Below, in pieces: positions 61,376 through 64,000 of a stretch of DNA of 64,000 nt. Source of the stretch: Bacteroidota bacterium (lineage in GTDB: Bacteria > Bacteroidota > Ignavibacteria > Kapaibacteriales > HRBIN21); contig JAUQPR010000005.1 of the NCBI GenBank assembly GCA_030550275.1, forward strand, positions 19,899 to 83,898, in the 5' to 3' direction. Under the pieces are notes generated by a model, which ran no database searches, was not told the DNA's origin, and worked only from the letters and a program-made list of their open reading frames with translations. The translations under genes were made by a program, and so were the position numbers. The stretch's first letter is position 1, and the number at the start of each line of letters is the position of its first letter.

Positions 61376-61954
61376 TCGGCGTCATCAATTGCTTCCAAGG
61401 GGTTCCCATGAGCTACGAATTGTCCCCTATGCTTCCCCCAAAGCGACCGTCTGTACTCGTCACGGTGCTCAGATGGGTTGCGGTGTTACCAGCTGCTATT
61501 GGTGCCTGGATAGTAGTTCAACTCTTAGTTATCTTGGCGAACGCAGCGGTTATACCTCGATGATCGGATTGGTGGTTGGAGTTAATCAATAGTGCCGCGT
61601 CCTCTTATGCTTTTGTGTACGCCGACGCAGCTACTGCCCCAAACACAACTTCATCGTAGGAATTGTCGTTGCTATTCTCTACGGCATATTCATGGTCGTC
61701 ATCATCACTGCGGGTTTCTTTATCGAAACGTCCGTCCCGCTCTGGCGGCTTGTACTCTCGGGCGTTATCAGTCTAGTCGCGACCATCGCTGCCGTCGTAA
61801 AATTGCGCGAAGAATACTGACGGGTGCGACGCCGAACAAATCGTTGGACGCGAGCGGCGGGAGCGCTTCTCGCAACTAGCTTGGTGCGGCGAAGGATGCT
61901 TTGATTCCCGCCGCCGCGTCAACTCAATCGTTAGGCGGCTATGAGGATCGCGCG

Positions 61955-62434
61955 ATGAACGTAAAGGACACGCTGGCCGGGCTCGGTGGCCTCCTCATCA
62001 TGGGAGCCTTCCTCGTCGTCGGCATCGCAATCGCCGGTGTCTTTATCTTCGGTGCGGCTTGGGCGAGTACGAAGCTACTGCCGTGGTTCTCCGTTCTGAC
62101 ACGGGTGGCCTTCGGCATCGTTGTCTTCATCCTTTTGCCCCTTGCGATTCCGAAAGCGACTCGCGGATTCTCAAGCGTGGCGCTTTTCGTCGCGTCCTAC
62201 GTGTTCGGCGCAACGCTCTGGATGAAGGGCCTCTTGTTGACGCTCGCAATCTGGGGCGTGGGCGCTGTCTTCATCGGTCTCTTCCTCGCGGGCGTCGGCG
62301 TAGTACCGATCGCGATGCTGGCGACCCTGATCAAGGGCATGTGGGGCCAGCTCGTCGAACTCGTGCTGCTCGCGATCATGACCTTCGGCAGCCGGATCGG
62401 CGCCATGGCCCTTGCGGAAAGCCTAGAAGGCTGA
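61955..62434 (+). CDS. Hypothetical polytopic membrane protein
   Basis: ATG at 61955 is preceded by GAGGA. 4–5 TM helices (…LLIMGAFLVVGIAIAGVFIFGAAW…). Lies between the two direct repeats. Confidence 0.4.
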   Translation: MNVKDTLAGLGGLLIMGAFLVVGIAIAGVFIFGAAWASTKLLPWFSVLTRVAFGIVVFILLPLAIPKATRGFSSVALFVASYVFGATLWMKGLLLTLAIWGVGAVFIGLFLAGVGVVPIAMLATLIKGMWGQLVELVLLAIMTFGSRIGAMALAESLEG

Positions 62435-62437
62435 GGC

Positions 62438-62758
62438 ATGCGGCGAATCTGGGTTCCACAACTCCTTGCCAGCTTGATGCTGCTCTGGGCCCTCAACCCG
62501 GAGAACCCGTATGGGTACTACATTCTGCTTCGCTGGGTCTGCTGCGGCGTCTTCGCCTACCTGGCTTTCAAGGCACTTGATCAGGGGCATCAGGGCTGGG
62601 TCTGGGTTCTGGGAATCACGGCCGCCGTGTACAACCCGATCTTTAGAGTGCACCTCACGAGGGAGATCTGGTCTGTTGTCAATGTCGTCACGATAGGAAT
62701 CGCGGTGGCGTCAGTCTTCGCCATCAAGTTCAAGGACGAGAAGCACGACACCGCCTAA
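62438..62758 (+). CDS. Hypothetical small membrane protein
   Basis: 106 aa with 3 TM helices. Starts 4 nt after the upstream gene, so probably co-transcribed. Confidence 0.4.
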   Translation: MRRIWVPQLLASLMLLWALNPENPYGYYILLRWVCCGVFAYLAFKALDQGHQGWVWVLGITAAVYNPIFRVHLTREIWSVVNVVTIGIAVASVFAIKFKDEKHDTA

Positions 62759-63375
62759 CAACCGGTTGCAGCGGACGGCGTCTCGCCGCCACTGAGCTGG
62801 AGCGTTCGCTACCCCGGATACTTCCACGCAGTCAAAGGTACAGAACCAGATCGCGCCGGTGATCCATGTTGTCAAGCATTGCTTGCTGTTCTGCGCCTGA
62901 ACTCAATCTGGCTGTACAGAATCGGCAGGACGGTAAAGCCTATCGGTCTCCTCCAGCTCGGAAGGAGACAGCTTGAAGAACCTTCTTCTTTCCCACCTTA
63001 CAGCTCGACTTCGCGTGGGGGAGCAAGCCTGCAAGTCACATCGGACTTTTGCTTGACAGTCGCAGAGCCGTTTTTTAAATTTGCAATGTAGGGGTGTGCG
63101 GTACATACTTGACCCCGACGGCAAGGGTGTTCAAAGTCCAATCGCCGCCTGGTCAACTAAGCGCCTGCCTGACGGCAGTCGGGCCTACGCGCCGAAGTGT
63201 AGGTCACGTAGGCGGACTTTAGATGGCAACCAGATTACATAACAACCATCTGACTGAAGAGCAAAGATGATGGAAACAAAGATGATGGAAACAAAAAGTT
63301 GACAACTCACCCGCCAGCGCATGTTATGCCGGCGGAAAGCGGCAGAGGCGCGTTAGGTGGAAACCAGATAGACTA
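62757..63375. repeat. Direct repeat copy 2 (~619 bp)
   Basis: See copy 1. It has the same internal 15-mer tandem (63264..63293) and TTGACA. Copy 2 carries a 4-nt insertion (…CTGACTGAAGAGC vs CTGAGGAGC) and a few substitutions. Confidence 0.8.
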
Positions 63376-63410
63376 TAGTTATGCGCCGTAGCCACAAGTC
63401 CGAATCGGCG

Positions 63411-64000
63411 ATGGTCATAGTTCTTATGATGGAGAAAAGCGCTCGGCGAATTGTTCCTCTTCTCCTGATTCAGTTTCTCCTCGCCACTGAAACCAGAGCC
63501 CAATCTATCGCCGACATAGCAGAGCGCGTCGGGAAATCAGTAACGATGATCGTTACTTACGATGCGACCGGTTCGGTCATAGGACAAGGGAGCGGCGTGT
63601 TTATAAACAAAAACGGACTTGTGCTTACCAATGCCCATGTGCTTGAAGATGCATACTCCGCCGAAGTTATCTCCGACCTTGGAACTTTTGACAGAATCAC
63701 GATTGTCTTTCGTGACCCAACGCGTGATCTAGCCTTGATTCAACTGAAAACTAATCAAGCCAGTCCGATAAGTTTTGCCAGCGATCCTAACTTCAGGCCG
63801 GGGGATCGAGTTGTCGCAATCGGCAACCCATTAGGTCTTGAGAAAACCGTGTCCGATGGTTTGATAAGCGGCATCCGTTTGACAAATGATGGAGTCGAAC
63901 TCATTCAAACTACCGTCCCAATTTCGCCGGGCAGTAGTGAGGGAGTTCTGCTAAACACATCGGGCGAACTAATCGGAATAACCTCCTCCACGCTTAAAGC
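63411..64000 (+). CDS. Trypsin-like (S1 family) serine protease, 3' end outside window
   Basis: Hand-translated as MVIVLMMEKSARRIVPLLLIQFLLATETRAQ… (signal peptide), His motif LTNAHVL, Asp motif TRDLALIQL, Ser motif PGSSEGVL. GC ~45%, far below the window average. Confidence 0.65.
   Translation, partial: MVIVLMMEKSARRIVPLLLIQFLLATETRAQSIADIAERVGKSVTMIVTYDATGSVIGQGSGVFINKNGLVLTNAHVLEDAYSAEVISDLGTFDRITIVFRDPTRDLALIQLKTNQASPISFASDPNFRPGDRVVAIGNPLGLEKTVSDGLISGIRLTNDGVELIQTTVPISPGSSEGVLLNTSGELIGITSSTLK

Noticed and set aside
61098-61879. 164-aa and 95-aa plus-strand ORFs (61098..61592, 61592..61879)
   Set aside because: Cys/His/Arg-rich nonsense-like translations that partly lie within the repeat; the smaller hydrophobic micro-ORFs in other frames are more plausible.

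Overview
High-GC (~65%) bacterial chromosomal window of 64 kb. Gene content looks Bacteroidota/Rhodothermota-like, which is an inference from a T9SS C-terminal sorting-domain protein, a PorV/PorQ-like barrel, a bS22-type mini ribosomal protein and a candidate TAnnTTTG promoter element. The window also encodes the flagellar regulators flhF-flhG-fliA. From 1 to about 47.2 kb it is ordinary core genome. That stretch holds the flagellar regulatory genes with an HDOD protein, a metB-like PLP enzyme, the yidC-yidD-rnpA-rpmH cluster, a tRNA-Ala(CGC)/tRNA-Gln(CTG) pair and two tandem OppA-like binding proteins. It also carries NlpC/P60, a minus-strand block of dnaB, a VWA protein, a WD40 protein and a J-domain protein, then PBP2, HU, and an ACMSD-kynureninase pair. 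Two ABC ATPases, uvrA, queE, two histidine kinases, an MFS transporter and purH complete it. From 47.56 to 60.75 kb lies a restriction/defense island. It begins with two N-terminal fragments of an old hsdM that bracket an mrr (type IV restriction) gene. Next comes a complete, tightly packed type I R-M operon with a 1,662-aa NACHT/STAND-like P-loop NTPase inserted between hsdM and hsdS, followed by hsdR and a DUF45-type zinc peptidase. The island ends with an orphan HsdR C-terminal (DUF3387) fragment. The last 3.3 kb is compositionally different (lower GC). Two ~615-bp direct repeats of ~97% identity bracket two small membrane-protein genes there, and an AT-rich S1 serine protease gene runs off the end of the window. 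No rRNA or CRISPR array was found. Many long ORFs in the supplied track are antisense or alternate-frame artefacts of GC-rich DNA and were not called.
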